From Mustelus asterias (taxonomy: Eukaryota): DNA of 64,000 bases. Location of the stretch: the NCBI RefSeq assembly GCF_964213995.1, contig NC_135817.1, positions 53,258,001-53,322,000 on the forward strand, in the 5' to 3' direction. The position numbers were made by a program, and so were the translations under genes. This document shows, one piece after another, positions 51,401-62,461 of this stretch. Below the pieces are notes generated by a model. That model did no database searches, was not told where the DNA came from, and saw only the letters and a program-made list of their open reading frames with translations. How positions within the stretch are numbered: position 1 is the stretch's first letter; each line of letters starts with the position of its first letter.

Positions 51401-54400
51401 TTCCTGCTCCTCTACTCGAATCTTCTCACTATGAAAGCCAATATGCCATTTCCCTTCTTTACCACCGGCTGCACCGGCACACTTACCTTCAGCAATTGGT
51501 GTACGAGGACACCTAGGCCTTATTGCACATTCCCCTCAATCTAGTCATTCAGATAACAATCTGCCTTCCTGTTTTTGCTCCCAAAGTGGATAACCTCACA
51601 TTTATCCACATTATACTATGTCTGCCATGCATTTGTCCACTCACTCAGCTTGTACAAATCACACTGAAGCATCACTGTATCCTCCTCACAGCCCATCCTC
51701 CCACCCAGCTTTGTGTCATCTGCAAATTTGGAGATATCACATTTAGTTCCCTACTCTAAATCTTGTGTATATGGTGAATAGTTGGGGTCCACAGATTTCC
51801 TATAATGCTGAAGGAGGCCATTCAGCCTATCGAGTCTGCACCAATTCTCTGAAAAAGCATCTTACCTAGGCCCAACCTCCCATCCTATCCCCGTAACCTC
51901 ATGCACTTACCATGGCTAATCCATCTAACCAACATATTTTGGGACACTAAGGGACAATTAAGCATAGCCAATCCACCTAACCTGCATATCTTTGACTGCG
52001 GGAGGAAACCAGAGCACCCAGAGGAAACTCACTCATACACAGGGAGAACGTGCAAACTCCACACAGACAGTTACCCAAGGCTGGAATTGAACCCGAGCCC
52101 CTGGTGCTGTGAGGCAGCATGCCGCCCAGCAGTGATCCCTGCGGTACCCCACTAGTCACTGCCTGCCATTTGGAAAAAGACGTGTTTATTCCTACTCTTT
52201 GTTTTCTGTTTGCCAACCAGTTTCTGTCCATCTCAATACACTGACCCCAATCCTACGCGCTTTAATTTTACAAGCTAAGCTTTTATGTGGGACTTTGTTG
52301 AAAGCCTTCCAATGGTCCAAATAAACAACATCCACTGGCTCCCCCTCACCAACCCTACTAATTACCTCCTTGAAGAATTCCAGTGGATTTATCAAGCATT
52401 TTTCCTTTTCTTAAATCCATGCTAACTCTGTCCAATTCTGCCATTGTTTTCCAAGTGCTGTGTTATTAAATCTTTTATAATAAACTCTAGAATTTTCCCC
52501 ACGACCAACACCAGGCTGACTGGTCTATAATTCCCTATTTTTCTCTATCTTCCTTTTTAAATAGTGGAGTTACATTAGCTAACCTCCAGTTTGTAGGAAC
52601 AGATCGAGAGTAGAAGATTTTGGAAGATGACCACAAATGCATCCATTATTTCTAGGGCCACTTCTCTGGGATGTTGATTATCAGGCCCTGGGGATTTGTC
52701 TGTCTTCAGTCCCATCAATTTCCCCAACACCATTTCCCTAATAATACTGGTTTCCTTCCATTCTTCCCTCTCGCTAAACCCTGTGCTCCCCAACATTTCT
52801 GGTATGTTATTTGTGTCGTCCTTTGTGAAGACAGAAACAGAGTATGTATTTAGTTGGGGTCAGTAATTTATTTGTTCCCTATTCTAAATTCCCTTGTTTC
52901 TGACCATAATTGATCTTCACATAACTATAGAAACTTTTACAGCCGTTTTTTATGTTCCCTACAAGCTTACTCTCTCTCTATTTTTCCCTTCTTAATCAAT
53001 CATTTTGTCCTCCTTTGCTGAATTCTAAACTATTCCCAATCTTCAGGGCTGTTGTTTTGTTCTGGTCAGATTGTATGCCTCTTCCTTGGATCTAATACTA
53101 TCTCTAATTTCTTTCCTAAACCATGGTTTGGCCAACTTTTCCATTTTATTTTTGCACCAGATTGGAATGAACAAATGTTGTGGTTCACCAATGTGCTCTT
53201 TGAATGTTTGCCAATGTCTATCCACCGTCATCCCTTTAAGTAATGTTTCCCAATCCATCATAGCCAACTCACACCTCATGCCATCGTAGTTTCTTTTAGA
53301 TTCAGGACCCTAGTCTCAGATTCAACGACGCCACTCTTATGAATAATTCTATCATATTATGGTCGCTCATTCCCAAGGGGCCTTACACAACTTAATCCCA
53401 ATCTTTTCTCATAATCCCTTCCGCTTCTCTCGTGCTTTTTCACCTCCCCTCTGAACCTTCTGTATTCCTCATCATTCATTAATAGGTTTTCTACCTGACA
53501 CCTACCATCAGCACACTTTCTCTTCCTGATCTTAATTTCGATCTCCTTTTTAATTTATCTGAATCACTTACCCCAACTGTCACTGAAACTTATCCTCACT
53601 GGCTCAGAGAGTGTGATGTGTTGAACCTCACAAATGACGGCGGCTCCCTGGTCCCAGTGAGCGTCTGTAATCTGCAGCCGGGAGCTCAGGTTGTAGCTGC
53701 TGTCACTGTTTACTGTCAGCGAGCCCGGTTCGGTTTGATAGGAAACAACTCCCTCTACAATCCAGGAAATGCTCAGATTACTGGGAAAAAATCCCGCAGC
53801 CAAACAAATCAGAGATTGAAGTCCAACAATTTCTTTCTGGGGATCCGCAGAGAGAGAGATTTCAGGTTTGGCTAAATGAACAAAATAAAAAAAACAGATT
53901 CCATCAATCTTCGTTGTTGCAAATACACAGAGAACGACTGTAGAAAAGATTTAAACTTCTACAAGTTTGATAAAAACTGCAGAATCTGTTTGATTAATTA
54001 CAAAACAGGGAAGGAAAATGCAACGCGCATGAAATAAGATCCATAACAATAATATAAATATTATCCAGTGACCTTATAATAAGTGTAATTGGGGCACAAA
54101 TTCAGTTTGTGTTTTTTGGAGCCGCATTGTTAATGAAATGTAAAAAAAAGATAATTATTTCACAAAGACCAGTTTCTCTCCCTGCAATCCGCTTGTTAAA
54201 TAAATGATATTCCGTTGTTAGGACTGGTGTCAGTATAACACAACTTTGTCTTTTGGCCGTTTTTCTTCAAACTAAGTTTTGAAGATGATCTGAAAGTCCC
54301 TGTTGTTTAATGGTTATTGTGACATTAAAGCTAAAAGCGGGTGTGTTCACTCTGGTCCCAGTACACAGAGCATGCCACTTCAGGTTAGATTTCTGTTTTT

Positions 54401-55624
54401 TTCTCTCACATATCGTGCTATTTCAGTGTCTCTTAATCTAATCGGTGAATCACAGAATGGTTACAGCACTGGAGGCGGCCGTTTGGACCATTGTGTCCAT
54501 GCGGCACAACTCAGTTAGTCCCGCTCCAGATTTTTACAGTAGTCACGAATATGTACGCTCTTACCGCCAAATTTTATTTTCCATCAGGATTGAATTTGCC
54601 CCCACCACACTCTCCGGCAGTGTATTCCACACTAAGAAAAATATAAATTCCTCTGTGACCTCTGCTATTTTTGACATTGGTCCTAAATCGGTATTCTATG
54701 GTACTGGACACTGCCTCCAATGAGAATAGTTTCTCCCTATCTCCTCCGACCAGAACCCGGAGCAAAAGCTATTCACTGGGGATGCCAGAACTGGAAGAAG
54801 GTAGAGATGTAACCATTTAAAAGTTTATTAGCAAGGTCATCTATCTGAAATGTTAACTCAGTGTCTGTCTCCACAGAGGCTCAGTAAGAAGTCTCACAAC
54901 ACCAGGTTAAAGTCCAACAGATTTATTTGGTAGCACAAGCCACTAGCTTTCGGAGCGCTGCTCCTTCATCAGGTAAGTGGGAGTAGCGCTCTGAAAACTA
55001 GTGGCTTGTGCTACCAAATAAACCTGTCGGACTTTAACCTGGTGTTGAGAGACTTCTTACTGTGTTTACCCCAGTCCAACGTCGGCATCTCCACATCCAC
55101 AGAGGCTGTCAGAGCTGCTGAATATTTTCTGTTCTTATTTTCTAATTACCTTGAATGTTCAGTTTTGTTGCTTCTCCTACAAACATTTTCAAGGGCAGAG
55201 TGTCCTTTCTAAGAACCACGCAGTGGTAAGTGTCGGAATCGTCCAGAATCACCTGCCGAATGACAAGTGAACCCTCAGATGGAGACAGGCGAGAGCTTTT
55301 CGTGAGGAAATTCTTGGATCCGTCGCTTCTGATGTTCAGGTTGTCTCTTGCCCTACACCAATAATATTTAATCACATCCACCCGCTCCTCTCTGGGTATC
55401 AGGGTGCAATTCATTCGAGCTGTCTGTCCTGTCAGGAGAAACAGAACTGAAGGAAACTGAGTCACATTCAGACCGACAACAGGTCCTGAAACATAAAATT
55501 ATAACATAGGAACATTAAACCCAAATAATCTGAGTACAACTGGAATTACTGATAGCTGGAGTCCAAGTAAATCCTTACCTAAGACAAAGAGGCAGAGTTT
55601 GAGGATCTTTCTAACTGCACCCAT
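48269..55624 (-). CDS. Non-rearranging antigen-receptor-like IgSF membrane protein (leader-VJ-C1-connecting peptide-TM), ~278 aa, 4 exons
   Basis: Exons 55624-55579, 55485-55150, 53871-53572 and 48420-48269 join through phase-1 GT-AG introns into one uninterrupted frame with V-set, C1-set and TM signatures. Confidence 0.85.
48925..49158. mobile_element. Penelope-derived foldback insertion (family A)
   Basis: Near-perfect ~95-bp arms centred on gtcaaagctctgac; 13-bp TSD TAACTGGCTTCCA (48912-48924, 49159-49171). Confidence 0.8.
50830..53390 (-). mobile_element. Degenerate CR1-type LINE with nested SINE, in the C1-TM intron
   Basis: [44 protein letters not shown]. Confidence 0.85.
53572..53871 (-). 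CDS. IgSF gene exon 3: C1-set domain
   Basis: tttag|CC..G|gtaagt; KPEISL..SLICLAAGFFPSNLSISW..NSDSSYNLSSRLQI..W..VICEVQHITLSEP (GFxP and CxVxHxxL motifs). Confidence 0.92.
54882..55095. mobile_element. Penelope-derived foldback insertion (family B) in the V-C intron of the IgSF gene
   Basis: Same family as 46153; 12-bp TSD TCCACAGAGGCT (54870-54881, 55096-55107). Confidence 0.8.
54941..54975 (-). ncRNA. Minimal hammerhead-ribozyme-like motif (PLE-associated)
   Basis: UAC-CUGAUGA-A-GGAGC-AGC-GCUCC-GAA-AGCU-A-GUG: intact core boxes, 5-bp stem II, palindromic stem III. Confidence 0.55.
55150..55485 (-). CDS. IgSF gene exon 2: V-set domain with germline-joined J-like strand
   Basis: tttcag|GA..G|gtaatt; LNVTQFP..GQTARMNC..YYWCR..SLVIRQVILDDSDTYHC..FVGEATKLNIQ. 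Confidence 0.92.
55579..55624 (-). CDS. IgSF gene exon 1: signal peptide
   Basis: ATG at 55624; MGAVRKILKLCLFVL(G); 46-nt exon, donor G|gtaagg, 93-nt intron; same layout as an Ig/TCR V-gene leader. Confidence 0.85.
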
Positions 55625-55684
55625 CCCTCTCACCGGTACTATAGAGCTGTTGGTTATTATGAAGAAAGATCACTGGAAGAATAT

Positions 55685-55709
55685 TGTGGTTGTAGCGCCC
55701 GGTACGTCA
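55685..55709 (-). promoter_or_regulatory. Candidate proximal promoter motifs of the IgSF gene: RUNX site (TGTGGTT) and CRE-like TGACGTAC
   Basis: Motifs lie 60-85 bp upstream of the ATG; short motifs that could be chance matches. Confidence 0.3.
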
Positions 55710-56253
55710 CCTCACTTGTCATTCAGGAGGCGCTTGTGGACAATTTCAACATTTACCACTGCCTGACTCTTAGAGAGGGAGGTCCTGCACCCTGGAAAAC
55801 CTTTACAGGACAAGGAACAGAACTGACACCAAGATAATTAGATTAACTCAAACTGAAATCGTTCAATGAATGGATCAAGGAATCTTCCTGTGTTTCTAAA
55901 ACAGTGCATAATGAAAGTGCTTAAAACCTGAGCTTCTGACTGGAGATTTCAGACACTGGGAATGGAGACTCGTCAGTGAGGAAAAGTTTCAGGCACTTAG
56001 TATAGATTTGATTTGATTGTCACAGATATTGCATACCGTGAAAAGTATTGTTTCTTGTGCGCTGTACGGAGTTCATACGGAGTGTTTTATTTGCATATGT
56101 AACCAACTCCCCACGACTTTCATAATACTCCCACAGTGAACCTCAATGACATATCTCTTTCTCCTGTGCAATTTTGAAGTCTATATTGACTTTACTAGAT
56201 CCTACATATTTTTACAGGTGGGAACACTGTTGATGTGGAATGGGCCTTTGTGT

Positions 56254-57046
56254 TGTTGTACCTGTTAATTCTCAGATACTTTCAACCAGTTTACTTACTC
56301 CAAGGTTTTACCCCGGTGTCCTTATTTGCAAGATGGACAAAGGACAAACACAAATAAAGGTTCAATAAGTTTATTAATAATAACACTATTAACCCTTAAA
56401 TTACCCATATAAAACAAGAGGATACCCCAGATTCAAGTATACTACCCGTAAAGATGGTTTGGTTGAACTGCAGGCCCGATTCTCTGAGTCCCTCTGGTCC
56501 GTTGTCACGAAGGTGAGTCTCGATGACAGCTTCTTCCTTCCTTCTTTCCTTCTTCGGTCAGTCTTCCGAATGGGCAAGGCCGCCTCCTTCGTCGAGTCTT
56601 CGCTCCTGTGTGTCTCACAGTTTGTCCCTTTATCCCCCAGCCTGCTTGCCTTTCCAGAAACTTCTCTGGTTTCCGGCCAATGAGGTCCCAGGAGGGGGTT
56701 CCAATACCCAGTGGGTTTCTTGATGTCTGCCTGACAGGACACCAGGATCCGCCCCCAGGTGTCCCATCTCCCAGGAACTTTCGGTGACGGAAAATCTGGA
56801 CTGATCTGGGCTTCTAACAATAGGCCGGTGCATTTCAATGGGGTGCAATGATCTCCTGCTAAGTATCAAGTAGAGTGTAACGACCATTGATGGGTGGTTG
56901 ATGGGCCAGGCCCAGACACGTTTGTGCATTTGTATAATTGGCCTGCCTGAGGTTTGACTGTGTTTGATTTTTAATATGCCCAATTCTTTAATTTAGGATA
57001 TCCAATTTTATCAGCCTTAAAACTAGGCCCTGTCTATATCACCACA
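56254..57046 (-). mobile_element. Solo LTR (Gypsy/ERV-like)
   Basis: TG...CA termini (tgttgt...accaca); 4-bp TSD GTGT at 56250-56253 and 57047-57050; AATAAA followed by a T/G-rich tract near the minus-strand 3' end (~56370). Confidence 0.7.
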
Positions 57047-57124
57047 GTGTGTGTGCCAGGAGTGGAACCAATCAACATTTACGGTGGGGACCCTTCACCA
57101 AACTGGGTGAGGGAGGAATAGGAT

Positions 57125-57400
57125 AAAGTAAAGTTTATTTATTAGTCACAAGGAAGGCTTACATTAACACTGCAATGAAGTTATTGTGAAAATCCCCTAG
57201 TCGCCACACTCCGGCACCTGTTCAAGTCAATGCACCTAACCAGCACATTTTTCAGAACATGGGAGGAAACCGGAGCACCCAGAGGAAACACACGCAGACA
57301 CGGGGAGAATGTGCAAACTCCACACAGACAGTGACCCAAACTGGGAATCGAACCTGGTCCTGGTGCTGTAAAACAGCAGTGCTAACCACTGTGCTACCAT
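57125..57400 (-). mobile_element. SINE with HE1-type head and an alternative 3' tail
   Basis: Tail aacaggtgccggagtgtggcgactaggggattttcac...gtgactaataaa. Confidence 0.75.
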
Positions 57401-58679
57401 GTGGTTGGGGATGTGTCACCAGTGTTGATCTCTTTGCACCTCTTGCATCATCATCCACAATAAACTAATAAACGGCAAGTACTTTGTTCAGAACATTGAA
57501 AACAGTTACATGGGTAAGATTAGTAGAGGGATATAGGCCAAAAACGAGCAACTGGGACTAACCAAATGACATGGACAAGTTGGGCCAAAGGTCCTATTTC
57601 CATGCTGTAAACCTCTATGACTCTATGACAAGTGAAGGGAGATTATAGCCAAATTTCTTTAAAAAATATTCCTTCAGGGGATGTGGGTGTTGCTGGCTGG
57701 ACCAGCAGTTATTGCCCATCCCCAATAGCCTTTGATTGGAGTGGTTTGTTAGGCCATTTCAGAGGGCAGTTAAGAGTGAACCACTATGTATTAGGTCTGG
57801 AGTCACATGTGGGCCAGATCAGGTAAAGACGGCAGATTTCCTCCCCTAAAAGACATTAATGAACCAAAAATCTCACTGAGATAAGTAGAGTCTAAGGGTA
57901 GGATGTTCCAGCTGTGCTCACCACAATGCCAGAAAATCCCACCCCCAGCAACGGACCTTTGCATGGACTGTGTCCCGCCTGCTACGATTCCTGTGGCAGG
58001 TGGGCTGGGAAAAATCTGCCCTACATCTGGAAATACAAGTTAGAAAATTTAATTTACTTTCAAATTGATGTACAGAAAATAAAATGAAGTGGGAAGAATA
58101 AAGCTTAGATGAAGCATTTAAACGTCTTTTAAATCTCCAATAATAATTAAAAGATTTTAAAAAATGCCTCTCCAAACTTGCAAGAGTGAATTTTCAGTGC
58201 TGGGGAGGTATTTTTGAATGTAACTAAAAGTTACCGTGCCAATAGAAGGGTACTTAGATTGGTGTACACAAGCTCTCTTTTTTTTAAAAAAACTGAGCTT
58301 AGTCCATATCTGCCGTACAAGTACCAAGTACAGGAATTTCATCTCATTCAATACACTTCTAGATGCTGTTTTTACATATTTTTCAGTGGAGTAGCAAATT
58401 ATGGACAGCAGCTTCCAGACTTTCATTTTAACTGTTTGGGGAGGTTGAGTTTTGACAAAATTGTTTGCATTTGCATTAATTCAAAGGTGCCCGTGTAACT
58501 TGGGAATCAGATTCGTGGTCTGAGTTCTCATTGCACTGAAACCAAAAAAGTTGAAACATCTCAAAAAAGTTCCATGAATCACCAGGAAATTAAATAGTCA
58601 AGTTAAGAATATGTTAAGGCACTTAATCTGTTCAGCTAGCCAAAGAATAGAATCTGCATCAGCTGCCAACCTTCACATA

Positions 58680-58975
58680 CAGGTGGCACAGTGGTCAGCA
58701 CTGCTGCCTCACTGTGCCAGGGACCTGGGTTCGATTCGCGACTTGGGTCACAGTCTGTGTGGAGTCGGCATAGTCTCCCCATGTCTGCGTAGGTTTCCTT
58801 CGGGTGCTCCAGTTTCCTCCCTTGGTCCAAAAGATGTGCTAGTTAGGTGCATTGACCATGCTAAATTCTCCCTCAGTGTACCCGAACAGGTGCCGGAGTG
58901 TGGCGACTAGGGGATTTTGACAGTAACTTCATTGGAGTGTTAATGTAAGTCTACTTGTGACACCATTAAACAAAC
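58680..58975 (+). mobile_element. SINE with HE1-type head and an alternative 3' tail
   Basis: Same tail as 57125-57400 and the fragment at ~62806-62950. Confidence 0.75.
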
Positions 58976-60307
58976 ATAACTGGCTGAAGCATGTTCTATA
59001 TCCCAATGGTAGAATGATTTCAGTATATACCGATAATATAATCTCCACTCATTTCTCAACGAGATGGTCACCCAGTTACTTTTCCAACAAAGTAACTGAA
59101 AATCAATTACCTTCACTTTCTACCACATTTTCACAGCTAGAGATGAGGACACCTTGGTGCAGAACTTTACTATGTGTTAGTTTTTTCAGCGACTTTGTAG
59201 CAATGCCAGTGGGAGTTGGGGGCATGGTGACTGGGTGATAACATTTATTAGAACATCATATTGGTTAGATTATATTTTGCTCCTACAATGAATGTACTCC
59301 TTTTCTCTTGTGTTACTTGTATAAATCTGTTCAACACCCATTGACTGCCTGTTTCTCTGGAGAAACTGTGCACTTTGGTTAGAGATGTTGCTCAACGCCA
59401 GCATGCAATGTCCATAGCAAAAAAAAAGTTAAAAGGACAGGAAATGTAAAATAACTGGAGGTGACTAGTTTGTGGACTACAGTTGTATTTTTTTCTCTTA
59501 TACGGTATTTAAAAGCTCAGTCTGAACAAAATCTATCAGTTTGTGGTGAACATGTAGGCCTAACCACTTAAAAGCCTATAGATACTGGGCATAGCAGACC
59601 CAAGAGCTATCTGACAAAAATATAGCAGCAATTTGAAACTTGTGAATGTTTAGTGTAGGCTGGTGACTATGGCATGTGACCAAACTGAGTGCCGCAGGTA
59701 TGTACAGTGGTTTTAAAATCGCCATCTATCTGAAATGTGTAACACATTGTTCAAAGGGATGAGACCACAAGTGTTCACATAAACAACATTATTCTGTGTC
59801 TTACTGAGTTCTAGTTTTAAAAAAAATAGAATTGTCATTGGCTGAATTCTTAACAGAAAATCAGGAGGGGTGACCCACATAGTTTTCTCGACAACGCCAC
59901 TTTATCCGTTATCACAAATTAACGTTCAAGTTAAAGTGGAAGGGAAAAGTGCCAAAACCATTGGTCACCAGTTGGTCAATATAATAAACTTTCTTCACAG
60001 CGTACTATTCTTGGAAGCATTAGGAACTACTCAAAATCATCACAGTATGATGACAATGTTCTTTAGTAAAAATGTTTTTGAAAAGTGCAGCAACTTATTG
60101 AAGAATGTAAACATATAAAACATTAGCATCATTTTCTCCTAGGTGGAAACTAAATTGATAAAATTATTGGAATCTATATTATTGCTCCCACAATAGGAAA
60201 CATTCTTTCCACATCAATCCTCTCAAGACCCCTCAGGAGCTTATTTGTTTCAATCAAGTCACCTCTTCCTCGTCTAAACTCCTGCAAATACAAGCCTATC
60301 CTGTCAA

Positions 60308-60889
60308 ACCCCCCACCCCCCACCCCCCACCCCCCACCCACCCACCCCCATCCCCCCCCCCCACCCACCCCCATCCCCCCCCCCCCACCCACCCCCATCC
60401 CCCCCCCCACCCACCCCCATCCCCCCCCCACCCACCCCCATCCCCCCCCCACCCACCCCCATCCCCCCCCCACCCACCCCCATCCCCCCCCATCCATCCC
60501 CCCCCCCATCCATCCCCCCCCATCCATCCCCCCATCCATCCCCCCATCCCCCCCCCCCATCCATCCCCCCCCCCCCACCCCATCCATCCCCCCACCCCCC
60601 CCCCCATCCATCCCCCCACCCCCCCCCCATCCATCCCCCCACCCCCCCCATCCATCCCCCCACCCCCCCCCATCCATCCCCCCACCCCCCCCCATCCATC
60701 CCCCCACCCCCCCACCATCCATCCCCCCACCCCCCCCATCCATCCCCCACCCCCCCCATCCATCCCCCCACCCCCCCCATCCATCCCCCACCCCCCCATC
60801 CATCCCCCCACCCCCCCCATCCATCCCCCCACCCCCCCCCCCATCCATCCCCCCACCCCCCCCCCATCCATCCCCCCCACCCCCCCCCA
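60308..60889. repeat. C-rich low-complexity satellite (CnATCCAT / CnACCCA units)
   Basis: Directly visible; runs into the gap. Confidence 0.95.
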
Positions 60890-61089
60890 NNNNNNNNNNN
60901 NNNNNNNNNNNNNNNNNNNNNNNNNNNNNNNNNNNNNNNNNNNNNNNNNNNNNNNNNNNNNNNNNNNNNNNNNNNNNNNNNNNNNNNNNNNNNNNNNNNN
61001 NNNNNNNNNNNNNNNNNNNNNNNNNNNNNNNNNNNNNNNNNNNNNNNNNNNNNNNNNNNNNNNNNNNNNNNNNNNNNNNNNNNNNNNNN
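60890..61089. other. Assembly gap (200 N)
   Basis: Exactly 200 N, typical of a fixed-size scaffolding join. Confidence 0.99.
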
Positions 61090-62003
61090 CACTCGCCCTC
61101 CAAACCAGCATTGGCAGCAGCGCTCAGTCACCACTGCTGGAAGCTTTTACAACCTCTCGTCCCAGGGAAAAAATCCTGATCTTTGGTTAATCCAGCCTCC
61201 CTGTTTTCGATTGGTGGGTGAGTGGGTGTGCAGACCCCGCTGGTTAGTTTGCCTGGCTGTCAATCACAAGAAAAGTTAGGGAATGTTTGAAAGTGACGAA
61301 TTTGGGAGAAAGGTTTTCAGGTTTTTGTTGGAAATCTCTTCCCTTTGGAAATTTTAATCTGGACTAATTTAACAGTTCGTTGTTATGTGACTGTAGCAGA
61401 ACTTGACTTTGCACAATGAGGATTTAAACAACAGGGAAAGTATAGAGAAACAAAGTTGCGGAAAGTTGTCGGAGTTCTAGTTGAGTAAAGAACGGGGAAT
61501 GCGTTGGGGCTTGAGACTAGAAAAAGTTTGACTTATATTTAGTAGGAAGACGTTCGAACGGTGTAGTTTGATACTATATAGTTGGTGGCCTACATTATAA
61601 TATTGAAAAATGCCTGTAAATTAAACGATTAATCACAAAGTAGTTGGAAACTTAACAGCTTTGATCGTTTGACAATTTATACGAATTAATTAAAAGTACT
61701 AGTGTGAATTAACACGCTGCGGCTGGCGACATGACTTGAATTTTTAATCGTCTTTATTAGGAATTTGCCTTGATGTTGTAGAGAAAAAGAGTGGAGGGAT
61801 TTAAAATATGAAATACATATTCTCTACCCTGTAGATCAATAGACAGCTGTAGCATAAATCAAAAGTATTTAAAATTCAGATTTAAAATCTTATTTAACTA
61901 TTGATATCAACCAATTAGGATGCTTGATTTTTTTGGATGTTAAGATCTTTAATATATTTGGGATTTAGGAAACTGAATTAGATTTAGTGTGTGTTGTCCA
62001 AAA

Positions 62004-62461
62004 ATGTCGGAGAGTCAGGGAAAGTTTTTTGCACCATGCTCGACAAGTTCAGAACCTCCAAGGAGCTGTAGAACAAAATGCTTGAGCTGTAAAGACGTTT
62101 ACACCGATCCCAAGATCTTACCTTGCCTCCATACGTTCTGCCTGGACTGTGTGAGAGGCTTGGAGCAGTTCTCCGTTCCCAGGACACAGGGGGAAGGTGA
62201 GTCTGGATCCGGGGGATCACTAGACTGCACTGAACCTGGGGCCTGCATCCTGTGTCCAGTCTGTGATTATGAGGTGCAGGTCCCCGCTGCTGGTCTGCGA
62301 GGCCTGACCAGTAATCACCTGATTCTCAATGAAGTTCTGCTGGAGAATCTGAAGAGATCCGACTGCAGGATAGTCTGTGATCTTTGTAACGATGGAAATG
62401 CTGAAAGAAGGTGTCACATCTGCTCAACAAATCTCTGTGACTTCTGTTCAAAAGCGCACAG
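62004..62461 (+). CDS. TRIM45: Tripartite motif-containing 45, first coding exon (RING + B-box 1); remainder beyond window
   Basis: MSESQGK..CLSCKDVYTDPKILPCLHTFCLDC..LEQFSV..ILCPVCD..LTSNHLILNEVLLENL..VCDLCND..RCHICSTNLCDFCSKAHR, donor AG|gtaag; matches recalled TRIM45 exon 1 and its synteny with TTF2. Confidence 0.92.

Noticed and set aside
48269-55624. Calling the IgSF gene CD101, VTCN1 (B7-H4) or NCR3 from synteny or V similarity
   Set aside because: Architecture differs: CD101 has many V domains, NCR3 lacks C1, and the J-like strand plus Arg-bearing TM do not fit B7-H4; no symbol assigned
56132-57049. CACAGTG heptamers upstream of the Ig-like gene as possible RSS
   Set aside because: No nonamer at 12/23 spacing and not adjacent to the V exon; the heptamer also occurs in every SINE head
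60174-61134. Long Gly-rich ORFs in three minus frames
   Set aside because: Translations of a C-rich satellite plus the N gap; not coding
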